Source: Neophaeotheca triangularis (taxonomy: Eukaryota). From it: a DNA stretch of 64,000 nucleotides. The stretch lies in NCBI GenBank assembly GCA_054600435.1, contig BAAIJX010000041.1, positions 1-64,000 of the forward strand, written 5' to 3'. Shown here piece by piece: positions 49,089 through 59,132 of this stretch. Positions within the stretch are counted from its first letter, which is position 1; the number at the start of each line of letters is the position of its first letter. Both the position numbers and the translations under genes were made by a program. Below the pieces are notes generated by a model. It was not told the origin of the DNA, did not search any database, and worked only from the letters and a program-made list of their open reading frames with translations.

Positions 49089-52070
49089 ATGTCTAATAAA
49101 CCCTACTCGCCCAAGCAGGCCCATTTCTCCCGCGAAGGCTTCCAGCCCATAGCCAGCGACATGTCGCGCCACGACGCAACCATTGACATCCCGCTCGAGC
49201 AAGTCCCGTCCAATGGCGGAGGCCTCCGACACGAAGACAGCAGCGCCCCCCTCAGACCCACCACCGACGAGACAGCAAACGATACCCCACCGCAAGAAGG
49301 AGGGAAAGGTGGCTTTACCCGTGGACATCGCAAGAGATACTCCGCCCCGGGGAGACCGAACCATGGCAGGCCCAAGATTGGTTACGATGGCGAGGAAAAC
49401 ACTGTACATACCATGGGAAGGATCTATGACAAGATCAAGCACTTCTCCATCATCACGCGCTACTTCCTGTATGTGTGGCCGCTGGCGCTGATGATCGCGG
49501 TGCCCATCATCGTAGGAGCAACTGCGGCCAAAAATGCGAGGATAGGCGGGGTGCGGATTGTGTGGTTCTTCACCTGGGTCGAGGTTGTCTGGTTGAGCTT
49601 GTGGGGCTCGAAGATTGTCGCGCATTTCTTGCCGAAGCTGTTTCAGATGATTGTCGGTGTCGTCAGCTCCGGGGTGCGCAAATACAGTTTGGTGCTCAAA
49701 TCGCTGGAGATACCGCTTTCGCTGGTCGGCTGGGCCGTCACTTCGTTGGCGACTTTTATGCCCTTGATGACGCTGAACCCGAGCAAGCGAGCCGCTGGCA
49801 ACACCGACAGCGAGGAGTGGATGAGGATTGTGCAGAAAGTTCTGGGCGCTTTCGTCGTGGCCTCTCTTATTCTCTTGGGCGAGAAGTTCATCATCCAGCT
49901 CATCAGCATCAACTACCATCGCAAGCAGTTTGCTTCGCGCATCAAGGATTCGAAACGGAATGTCTACCTTTTGGGACAGCTCTACGATGCTTCGCGGAAC
50001 ATGTTCCCCGCGTATTGCAATGAGTTTGCTGAGGAGGACTACATCATTTCTGATCAGCTCAACCTATCCCTGGCCCTCGGCAGCAAAGGCGCCAAAAGCC
50101 ACGCTCGTTCGGGTACCGCCACGCCCGGTCGGATGCTGCTGGACGTACAACGATACGGCGACAAGATCACGAGCGTTTTTGGCAACGTCGCGGCCGAGGT
50201 GACGGGAAGGCAGGTCTTCAATCCAAACAGCAGCCACTCTGTGGTGATAGAAGCACTGGAGAAGAAACGGAGCGCCGAGGCTTTGGCTAAGCGGATCTGG
50301 ATGTCGTTTGTCTCCGAGGGAAAGGAGGAGCTACTTTTGGATGATGTCGTGGACGTGCTGGGTTCAGAGCGGAGGGAACTGGCCGAAGAGTGCTTCTGGA
50401 CTCTCGACACGGATGGCAATGGCGACGTTTCGCTGGACGAGATGATCTTGACTGTTGCCGAAATCAAACGCGAGCGCAAAGCAATCTCCACGAGTATGCA
50501 CGATGTCGATCAAGCTATCAACGTGCTTGATCGGTTGCTTTGCGTTGTGGCGTTCGTCGCTGTCATCTTCGTCTTTGTCGCCTTTCTCAACGCCAACTTC
50601 ACGACTACCCTGGCGACTACTGGTACGGCACTGCTGTCGCTCTCTTTCGTCTTCAGCGCTACCGCTCAGGAAGTTCTAGGCAGTTGCATCTTCCTCTTCG
50701 TCAAGCATCCATTCGACATAGGCGATCGGGTAGACATTGGCACCAACCAATTCACAGTCGACCACATCAGCCTTCTCTACACCGTCTTCCGCCGTGTTTC
50801 CGGCACGGGCGTCGGCCGCTCAGTCCAAATTCCCAATCTCATCCTCAACAGCCAATGGGTCGAGAACGTCACGCGCTCCAAAGCAATGGTCGAGCAACTG
50901 ACCATCGACGTCGATTTTGCGACAACTTTTGACGACATTCAAATTCTCAAACGCGAGCTCCTCAACTTTGTAACCGACAAGGACAACGCCCGCGACTTCC
51001 AGCCGAGCCTTGAAGTCGAGGTCCTTGGTACTTCTGACATGAGCAAGCTCAGCCTGCAAGTCGAAATCAAGCACAAATCAAACTGGGCCAACGAATCCGT
51101 CCGAGCGTCCCGGCGTTCCAAGTTCATGTGCGCGCTCGTCGCAGCCCTCAAAGCCGTACCCATTGCTCCTCCGGGCGGAGCCGCCGACGCCGCTGGCACG
51201 GCCGCGAACCCCAACTACTCCGTCACAATTTCCGACGCCGAAGCGCAAGAGAACATGACCAAATCCGCCACCGACAAGGAAAAAGCTCGCCTTATCCCCA
51301 CCAAAAAAGACGACGAGGATGACGCCCCCGGCAGCGACGGTCTCAGCCCCCACCAGGGCAAAGTCATCGACGACCTCACAACACGCGCCGACCCGGGTGC
51401 GGATCCCGCTAGAGACAAAGCCTGGACATCCTCCCGCGAAGGCGACGACAGCAGCACTCTCGGCCCGGACCGCGCGAGCCTCGACCGCCAGGACCTAGAA
51501 GACGTGCGTGGCATTTTACGCCGGCAGAGCACGCTGGGCAAGCGCCGTCCGGGCGATCGTTTACGGTATAGGTTGCCAAACATCCCATCGATAGCCGAGC
51601 CCGCGGACGGGAGCGGAGGCAGCAACGGCGGCGCTCCAGAGGCTTTCGCGGACTACGCGCATTTCCGCCGCAGCAGCCAAGTCTCGCAGCGCTCGCAGTC
51701 ACGGGGCGGCTCTAACAATTACGGCCTCCGTAGCCCGAGTAACGCTAGCAATCGCGTCCCGCCGTATGCCTCGCCTTACCTTAGCGCCGCTGGGGGTCAG
51801 GGACATGGACAAGCGGTGGAGATGACGCAAGTGCCGCCCGCTGCGACGACGACGCCTACGGGGAGGAATAGCTGGAACAATCCTTATCGCCAGCCGAGTG
51901 TGCATAGTGGGTTGAGTTTGCAGCGGAGTCGGGGGGAGAGCGTGAGCTATCAACAGAGCGGGGGGAGGCCGGCGGGGGCGAGTTTCGAGGAGGGGGATGA
52001 GGAGGACGGGAGTGGAGATGGCAGGGGTAACGGGGGCAGGGGGGATTATCGGTCGTATTCGGGAGTTTAG
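49089..52070 (+). CDS. MscS-like mechanosensitive channel with EF-hand (Msy1/Msy2-type)
   Basis: Several TM segments, EF-hand DTDGNGDVSLDEM, FLFVKHPFDIGDRV, ISLLYTVF, IPNLILN..VENVTRS. Confidence 0.93.
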   Translation: MSNKPYSPKQAHFSREGFQPIASDMSRHDATIDIPLEQVPSNGGGLRHEDSSAPLRPTTDETANDTPPQEGGKGGFTRGHRKRYSAPGRPNHGRPKIGYDGEENTVHTMGRIYDKIKHFSIITRYFLYVWPLALMIAVPIIVGATAAKNARIGGVRIVWFFTWVEVVWLSLWGSKIVAHFLPKLFQMIVGVVSSGVRKYSLVLKSLEIPLSLVGWAVTSLATFMPLMTLNPSKRAAGNTDSEEWMRIVQKVLGAFVVASLILLGEKFIIQLISINYHRKQFASRIKDSKRNVYLLGQLYDASRNMFPAYCNEFAEEDYIISDQLNLSLALGSKGAKSHARSGTATPGRMLLDVQRYGDKITSVFGNVAAEVTGRQVFNPNSSHSVVIEALEKKRSAEALAKRIWMSFVSEGKEELLLDDVVDVLGSERRELAEECFWTLDTDGNGDVSLDEMILTVAEIKRERKAISTSMHDVDQAINVLDRLLCVVAFVAVIFVFVAFLNANFTTTLATTGTALLSLSFVFSATAQEVLGSCIFLFVKHPFDIGDRVDIGTNQFTVDHISLLYTVFRRVSGTGVGRSVQIPNLILNSQWVENVTRSKAMVEQLTIDVDFATTFDDIQILKRELLNFVTDKDNARDFQPSLEVEVLGTSDMSKLSLQVEIKHKSNWANESVRASRRSKFMCALVAALKAVPIAPPGGAADAAGTAANPNYSVTISDAEAQENMTKSATDKEKARLIPTKKDDEDDAPGSDGLSPHQGKVIDDLTTRADPGADPARDKAWTSSREGDDSSTLGPDRASLDRQDLEDVRGILRRQSTLGKRRPGDRLRYRLPNIPSIAEPADGSGGSNGGAPEAFADYAHFRRSSQVSQRSQSRGGSNNYGLRSPSNASNRVPPYASPYLSAAGGQGHGQAVEMTQVPPAATTTPTGRNSWNNPYRQPSVHSGLSLQRSRGESVSYQQSGGRPAGASFEEGDEEDGSGDGRGNGGRGDYRSYSGV

Positions 52071-52774
52071 GAAGCGGGAGGGCTGTGGTCTGAGATGATT
52101 TCGGGTCGATCGCTTTGAGAGGCGAGGGTTTGTTTTGGGCCCGTGGGGGTTTGGTGGTTACGAGCTATGCTTGTATGCTTGCAAACGATGGTTTACGCTT
52201 GCTTTGATAGAATGGGACGAGACTAGCTTAGACTAGACTACGTTACGGAAAAGCGACGGAGTTGCTGGTTTCTTCTGAATAAAGAAAAAGAGGGCATCGC
52301 GGCGGGCTAGGAGGGTATGGGCGCTTAAAAGGGGCAGTGGGAGGAGGGAATGCTGACAGTATAGATTGTATTAATGTCTTGTACTATTGGGAATTAGAGC
52401 AAATTTCCACGGCTTTCGCGTTCGCTTTCGAGGGTTATTGTTACTTGCTGCTTGAGTTCCGCTTTGGGGGATGCTGGCTTGGGTGTTGTTTTGAGTGTAC
52501 AGTAGATGTGGCAGTGGAGGCATCCATACTAACTTATGTACATGTTGTGCCCGGTCACGCTTCATCTTATCTCATCTTATCGAGAGGTAACCCCATCTGC
52601 ATCTTATCACAATCGTCGATGGACGCTTGGGGTGAAGCTACCTCTCTAGCACCTGACCCCCTTTTCTTGGCAGTCGTCTCATTTTCAAACTTTCAAGTTC
52701 TCCAGCTTCGTTCTTTCTGCTTTATCGTCCACCACCAATCAGTCCATCCCACACGCAATAATATCGGAAAGACC

Positions 52775-53470
52775 GACGAATTTTCCATTGACCTTGAAAA
52801 ATTCACAAAGGATTACTAGTTATCGCGCTCACAGGAAAGGTAGGAACCCAACGAACCCTCCCACACGCCCTCGGATTCCCCCATCTCCTTCCACCCACCC
52901 CATTCCCTTTCTCCGCTCCAGAAACCCCCAACCCCCCACCACCATCCCCCTCCCCCCCTTCCCCTCCTCTCGACCCGCCCAGACAACAGCCCCACGCAAC
53001 CAAAAAGCGTAGCTGTAACTGTCCGCTCGCCACAAAAGCACAACATGAGCCTACGGTACCCCGTCGGGGCGAAGACGAAACAGACCCCGCAGGTCTTGTC
53101 TCAATTTTGGGACGGCTTGTGGGGGAGATCACGATTAAGCCGGAGCGCTTTCTTGAGCCCTGTGTTGATGAGGCATGGGGTGGGTGGAGGGTGCTTGACT
53201 TTGTTGGTCGGACATTTATTTCGTTGCTTTGGTTGCTTTGTTTTGCGATGCTTTGTTTTGCGACTAGGTTTGGGTTTGGGGTAGAGGGTGAAGGTGAGGG
53301 TGAGGGTGAGGCAGAGGGGGGGAAGTGGGGTTGGTGGTTGTTGGTGGGTGGGTTGGTAAGGTGGATTGAGGAGGTGGATTGGGGGGTGTGTAGCTGTCTT
53401 GGAGCCTAGATCTGTGAGGTATGAACGTTTTGTCTGATAGCGTTTGCCGCGCTGGATGCGGGAATCTCAG
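52775..53470 (+). ncRNA. Candidate large structured non-coding RNA (unidentified)
   Basis: At least nine correctly nested complementary segments between a C-rich 5' arm and a G/U-rich 3' arm, many with G-U pairs that favour the + strand; no credible ORF. Confidence 0.5.
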
Positions 53471-53642
53471 GCTTCTTTAGTTTGTCGTATGCTCTTCATT
53501 GCTATCGTGCCTAAACCTTCGAATCCAAACGCCATGGCACCTTAGACTCTTTCCGACTCCAACGCCTGTCCATGCATAGATCAGCCATAGCCTCGTTCCA
53601 TTTCGTCGGCAGCATCTCCCACTCTCACAAAAGCCTCTGCCA

Positions 53643-54290
53643 CTACATAACCACGCAACACGAATTCTGCTTCTTGGCCTGCGTGTAAAACATCTTACTC
53701 TGCGCACTCAACCCATCACTCTTAGCAACCAAATTATCAATCTTCTCCCCTCTCTCCAACACACTCTCAATAGTCTTATGCAACACAATCTTGGTCTCAT
53801 CCAACTCCCTCTGCACCTTGAGAATCCCATCCGCCTGCGCGGGATCCTGATACTTCTCCAAATACCCCTTCAACTCCGGAAACGGCACACCGGCATCGCT
53901 GCTCTCCCAAACCTTCCGCGGGTTCTTGCTCAACCACTCGTCCATGATCTTGCTCAGCAACTGATGCGCCACGAGCGCCGGGTACTCGTGGTCGGAGATT
54001 ATGATGCCGCAGACGCCCTCGCTGCGCCCGTAGGCGTGGAAGGTGTAGGATTGCTCCTCGACGTCTTGGCGCTGGCCGGCGCGCGTGCGTTCGGCCACCG
54101 TGCGGGAGAAGAGAGACATGAATTCGCCCACGCTGGTGCGGGTGAAGCGCGAGTAGGAGGACAGGTCGCGTTCGGCTGTTAGTTCGACTGCCGGTTTGGA
54201 TTCGTTTTTGAAGATCTAGCCATTTTAGTCTGAGGGGACTGGTTTTGGTGGTTTTGGTGCTTTACTTACGCCTATATAGAGGAGCTTCAT
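53643..54290 (-). CDS. YKT6: Longin R-SNARE Ykt6
   Basis: MKLLYIG / ...LSSYSRFTR..VGEFM, YQDPAQAD, QRELDETKIVLHKTIESVLERGEK, C-terminal CCVVM. Confidence 0.97.
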
Positions 54291-54762
54291 GGTTGCGGTT
54301 GTGGGTTGGGTGATCTCAGTGAGGGCTTTGGAAGGGTGGGAGGTCGAGGTTGCTAGGTTTGCTTGTCGGCTGGATGGGTGATTGTTGTTAAGATGTCTGG
54401 AAAGTGTTTTGAAAGGTTTAGTGCAGGCAGCAAAGGTAGAGTAGGGTAATAGGAAGGCTGTCCACGGTACCTCCACTGATAGCTGTATGCGGTCAGCGAT
54501 GGCGAAGGAGGACCAGGACCAGGACCAAGAGCTGCCTCGTGCTTTGTGTGGGGTTTGGCCCGGCAGTTCCCGCTGTCCCATGCATGTGCTTCGATCAAGT
54601 CACCAAGTGAAGGTACAAGCCATACTACCTGGTACCGGCTGTACCTTTGGCTCTGTAGACATAAAAGATTCAACACAGTCTAGGAGTCTTCACTAGAATC
54701 AAGCTGGATCACCACACTACCAACAGCTGTACTAAAACACCACCCTCGAACAGCCCCCCAAA

Positions 54763-55341
54763 ATGGCGCCCATAACAACAGCCTCAAACGACGAAACCCA
54801 CGCCGCCCTCCTCGACACCCTAGACATGCACAAGATCCATAAACCCTTCCGCAACCCCAACTGGAAACCACCACAACGCCGCAACAAGAATCTCAAACAG
54901 ATTCTATCCGAAGCGCAACGCGCCCAACAGGCCAGCGTGCAAAACACGCAACAAAACAGCGGCGCCTCTACTCCAGCCGCAGCCACATTAGCAGACGGCA
55001 GCACCACCCCAGCTCTGAGCACGAATCCAGCACAAGCGAGTCAGGATCTTAGTCGAAGGGTATTGGAGAAGAATGCCAAGCAGGGCGGCGGCAGCACCTT
55101 GACCTTGGGAGGTGGTGGCATGACTGTGCCCAGTGTCACGTACACTAGCATTGCTGCCGCGCCGTCGTTGAAGCCTAAGAAGAAGTATTGCGATATCACC
55201 GGATTGCCGGCGAAGTACAAGGACCCTAAGACGGGCTTGTACTATTGCAATGCGGAGGTTTATGCGGTGATTAAGGGATTGGGGACGGAGCAGGTGCAGG
55301 AGTATCTTGGGGCCAGAGGCGCGAATACTGTACTCAAGTGA
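54763..55341 (+). CDS. IES6: INO80 complex subunit Ies6 (YL1_C domain)
   Basis: KPFRNPNW...RRNKNLKQIL; TYTSIAAAPSLKPKKKYCDITGLPAKYKDPKTGLYY...YLGARGANTVLK. Confidence 0.93.
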   Translation: MAPITTASNDETHAALLDTLDMHKIHKPFRNPNWKPPQRRNKNLKQILSEAQRAQQASVQNTQQNSGASTPAAATLADGSTTPALSTNPAQASQDLSRRVLEKNAKQGGGSTLTLGGGGMTVPSVTYTSIAAAPSLKPKKKYCDITGLPAKYKDPKTGLYYCNAEVYAVIKGLGTEQVQEYLGARGANTVLK

Positions 55342-55702
55342 AAGGAGGGGGTATCAGGCGTTCAAGAATATGTCGACGTCGCTCTATTGCGGCGGGTTTG
55401 GACTTCATGGCTGGCGCGACGCTTCACGCTGGAGCCTCGCATACCAGGGGCACCTATTCGAGCAACACCGGCTATCAACGGCAACTCCAGCTCGGCAGCT
55501 TTTCCCGCATCTGGAGAAAGAGGGTCAAACCCCACCAAACCAGTGTGGCAGTGACGCAGTGTCATCAAGTACACATACTGTATATACAGGAAGACGATCG
55601 TGCATCTCTACGCCATACTGTCTGGAAGGAGCCTGCACCAGACACCACCACTAGACCAAACAAGACACAACCACTCTTCCTACCAAGGCAAAACAAAAAA
55701 TC

Positions 55703-56386
55703 ATGGCCCCCGCCACCAAAGTCCACGCCCACCACCTCGCCCCGACGCCCCTAATCCCCAACTCCCCACTCCCCCTCCTGCACTATCCCTCCGCTCTCCC
55801 CAATCCAACGGCGGCACTCGCCCGCCAACTCTACACCAAAAACCACTGGCAAACCGCCTGGATCTTCCGCTACGGCCCAACACAAACCTCGCACTACCAC
55901 AGCACCAGCCACGAATGCATGACCGTGCTAAGCGGAACCGCAACCATCCGTTTCGGCGTCGCAGACCTCTCCCCCGACATGGAAGCCAATACCCACGGCA
56001 CACGCGGACAAGACTACGAAGCGGGCGGTGTGGAAATCGCCGCCAAGGCCGGCGATGTCTTCCTGATCCCCGCGGGCGTTAGCCATAAAACCTACGACAC
56101 CTCGCCGCCCGCCTCTTTCGCGCTGGTGTCTCCCGGTGATGGCCACGGGCTGGGTTGTACTAGTGATGCCGAGGCGGATGAGAAGTTGGGAGCGGTGAGG
56201 TTGGAGGGGTTTTGTATGCTGGGTTCGTACCCGGAGGGCGCGGATTGGGACTCTTGTAACGGTGGAGAGCATCGGGGGAGGGAGGGGGTGGTTTGGGATG
56301 TGCCGAGGCCGGAGTTGGATCCGGTCTTGGGGGAGAGTAGGGATGGGATTAATGGGTTGTGGGCGTATGGATTAGCGAAGATTTAG
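55703..56386 (+). CDS. Cupin-domain protein (YjlB-like)
   Basis: IPNSPLPLLHY, HYHSTSHECM.VLSG, GDVFLIPAGVSH, GSYP, DPVLG. Confidence 0.88.
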   Translation: MAPATKVHAHHLAPTPLIPNSPLPLLHYPSALPNPTAALARQLYTKNHWQTAWIFRYGPTQTSHYHSTSHECMTVLSGTATIRFGVADLSPDMEANTHGTRGQDYEAGGVEIAAKAGDVFLIPAGVSHKTYDTSPPASFALVSPGDGHGLGCTSDAEADEKLGAVRLEGFCMLGSYPEGADWDSCNGGEHRGREGVVWDVPRPELDPVLGESRDGINGLWAYGLAKI

Positions 56387-56608
56387 GCGGGAGATAGCTG
56401 GTAGGCTGGCTGATGTTGACGGAGGATTTTGCCTTTTGGGGAGAGTTGGTCGGAATGCCATGTGTATGTACAATTCAGTCATCTACAAGCTACCCAACAA
56501 TCTAACCCAGCCATTTCGCTGTTTGAAGAAAAAAACATCCCCCCCCCCCCCAAAACGCCCATCCATTCGTCTGCAATCCCTCCTGCCCTTCCCCCCCAAG
56601 CCCGAAAA

Positions 56609-58395
56609 TCAAAGCTTACTCCTGCCCTTCTCGTTAGGGAAAGCTGGCAACGGCGGCCCATTGAGCGGATCATAATTCTGCAACCCCAGCGTATCACTCG
56701 GCACAGTCTGCACATGCTGGCTAATGGCGCGCGCATCCACCAACTCCGGGCCCAACTGATCAATCGACGTGCAGCCAATCAACCGCATATTCATCTCCAT
56801 CTCGTCCTTGAGCAATTGCATAGCGCGATCGACACCGGGGAGTCCGTACGCCGACATGGCGTACAAGAAGGGGCGACCGATGCCGACGCCCGTGGCACCC
56901 AAGCAGAGGGCTTTGAGGATGTCCGTGGCGCGGCGGACGCCGCCGTCGACGAAGATCTCGATGCTGTTTTCGAGGCCCAGGCGCCGGAGCTCGGGCATCA
57001 CTTCCGCGAGCACTTCGACGCCGGATCGCGACGTGTCGAGTTGACGGCCGCCGTGGTTGGAGAGGACGACGCCCTGGACACCGGCGCGAATGGCCAGGAG
57101 CACGTCTTCGAGCCGTTGCACGCCTTTGAGGATGATGGGCATTTTGGTGACGGATTGGAACCAGGGGATGTCGCTCCATTTGAGAGCGGGGTCGATGAAA
57201 GAGGAGATGGCGCGAGCGGCGCCTTGGGAGCGGTCGACGTCGTTGCCGCCCGAGGATTGCACGTTGGAGCCCACGTCGGAGAATTTGGAGCGCATGTCCT
57301 TTTCTCTGCGGCCGAGCTGGGGCGCGTCGACGGTGATGAAGAGGCCTTTGCAGCCGCGCGCTTCGGCGTGCTCGATGATCTTCTTCGTGATGGCGCGGTC
57401 TTTGTTGACGTAGAGTTGTAGCCATTGCACCTGGTCGCCCTCGGCGGCGTCGACGATTTCGTCGAAAGAGCACGAGGCGAGGGTCGGGATCATCTGGATC
57501 ACGTCGTGTTTTTTGGCGCCGCGGGTTAGCACCACTTCGCCCTCGGGGTTGCCGAGTTTGCCCAGCGCCGTCGCGGTTACGTAGAAGGGGATGCTGCATT
57601 TGCTGCCGAGCATGCGGGTTGAGAGGTCGACGGACTCGACGTCGACTAGCACCTTGGGTCGGAACCAAATTTTGTGGAAGGCCGAGTGGTTTTCGCGCAT
57701 TGTCTGAGTTTGTCATGTGTCAGCGAGGCTTGCTCCTCAAAAGCGAAACACGAACCGCCGCCGCAACTTGCAAAGCCTCAGGGGTGAAGATGTCCAACTC
57801 ACAATCTCATCATCAGCACCACTAGAATAGTAAGCCCAAGCCGTCTTCTTCATCACCCTCCTAGCCACAGCCTCGAAATCCATCAAATTATAACACTGCT
57901 CCAAAATCGGCATATTCTTGATCCGTAATTGCCTCTCCTCCTCTTCCGGGTCGAAAGCCTTCTCCTCTTGCTCCACAGTCTGCATGTCGACTTCGCCGAG
58001 GTGTTTGCTCTGGTCGAGGAACTTGTCGAGAGTGTCCGGGGCTGTGGAGGCTGCCGTTAGTATTGTTACGGGTTGGATTGATACAATGGGTCAAGGGGCG
58101 ACTTGCGGTGGATAGGCGCGTACTCTTCCGTAGCGTCTTTGCCGGCGTATTTGAGGATGATCTTGGGGCCGCCGGGGTGTTCGGGGAGGAACCTGCGAGC
58201 GGTCTCTGGTTAGTCTTCCTAGCTACCCAAAACGTACTGTCGTTTTGCCTGGCTGAGCCTGGGTAGGAGCACGTACTCGGTGACATCGTAGGCCCGGCCG
58301 TGGATGATAACCCAGCAGTCATCGCGGCTGTTGTGCTGGGCGATCTCCTCGCCCGTGAGCTGCTTCCTCTGGGTGTTGTTGCTATCGTGGTTCAT
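56609..58395 (-). CDS. Flavocytochrome b2 / L-lactate (2-hydroxyacid) dehydrogenase with PTS1
   Basis: Cytochrome b5 domain HNSRDDCWVIIHGRAYDVT..HPGG; WAYYSSGADDE, LQLYV, TVDAPQLGRRE, SNHGGRQLD, DGGVRR; ends SKL*. Confidence 0.93.
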
Positions 58396-59132
58396 CTTTG
58401 CGTTCTTGTCTTGGGTGTCGCCACCTGGACGTGATATGGGTATCTGCTTGCCCGAGCTTTTGAGGTGTAGGTGTGAAGCGGCTGGAAACGAATGTATCGA
58501 TGTAGGCGTGGACTTAGGTTGGAGATGTACTTGAGAGAGTTGTCTACAAGAGATGGGAGGAAGAGGAGGAACAGGACAGAAACGGGACGGAGAGACAGGA
58601 GTGATCTATCTTCCTACCCTTCAGAGCTAATCTTCCCAAGTAGTAATGTCTCACTCATGCCAGCGACGGCAAAGGGTGCGGTTTACCGTTTGTCGTCGTC
58701 TCAAAGGCTCCACGCTCGCTGTCCTTTTGTCCGAGGTCGACTTTGTCCCCACTGCCCCAGAGTCTAGAGAGCATTGACCGATGCCGTGGCCAATGAGAGC
58801 TTATGGGTTTCAAAGAAATGCCAAGCGCGGTATCGAGTTGGCCCGTAGCGTCGGGGACGAAGAGCGAGCGCGAGGTGGTAATGGCCGGGCTTAAGTGGTA
58901 TTCCCGAAGTCAATCGGATTCGTCTGCATCTGGTATGGTCGAAGCAGCAACATATGTCTCCCAAAGAGTGAGAAGCATCCAGTCAAGTTCACTTGACCTT
59001 TTGTTGGTTAAGTGAGCAGATCCTACGTCTAGAGTTGCTTTTTTGAACTTGATTATGTTTGTATTCGTTTCAATCGTTGTATATAACATCGCTCATCCTC
59101 CTACACAGTCATGGCTTTCCACCTCTTCCTTC

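Noticed and set aside
53070..53175. Hammerhead-like words (CGAAAC...GTC...TTGATGAG) in the hairpin head
   Set aside because: The core reads TTGATGA rather than CTGATGA, and stems I and II cannot form next to the core.
52080..53640. Telomerase RNA (GCG-TTTGC-CGC at ~53440 resembles P6.1)
   Set aside because: No CTAACCCT-type template was found upstream on this strand, and the interval is short for a Pezizomycotina telomerase RNA.
56429..57716. 330-aa antisense and 318-aa alternate-frame ORFs over flavocytochrome b2
   Set aside because: Shadow ORFs caused by GC-rich codon usage.
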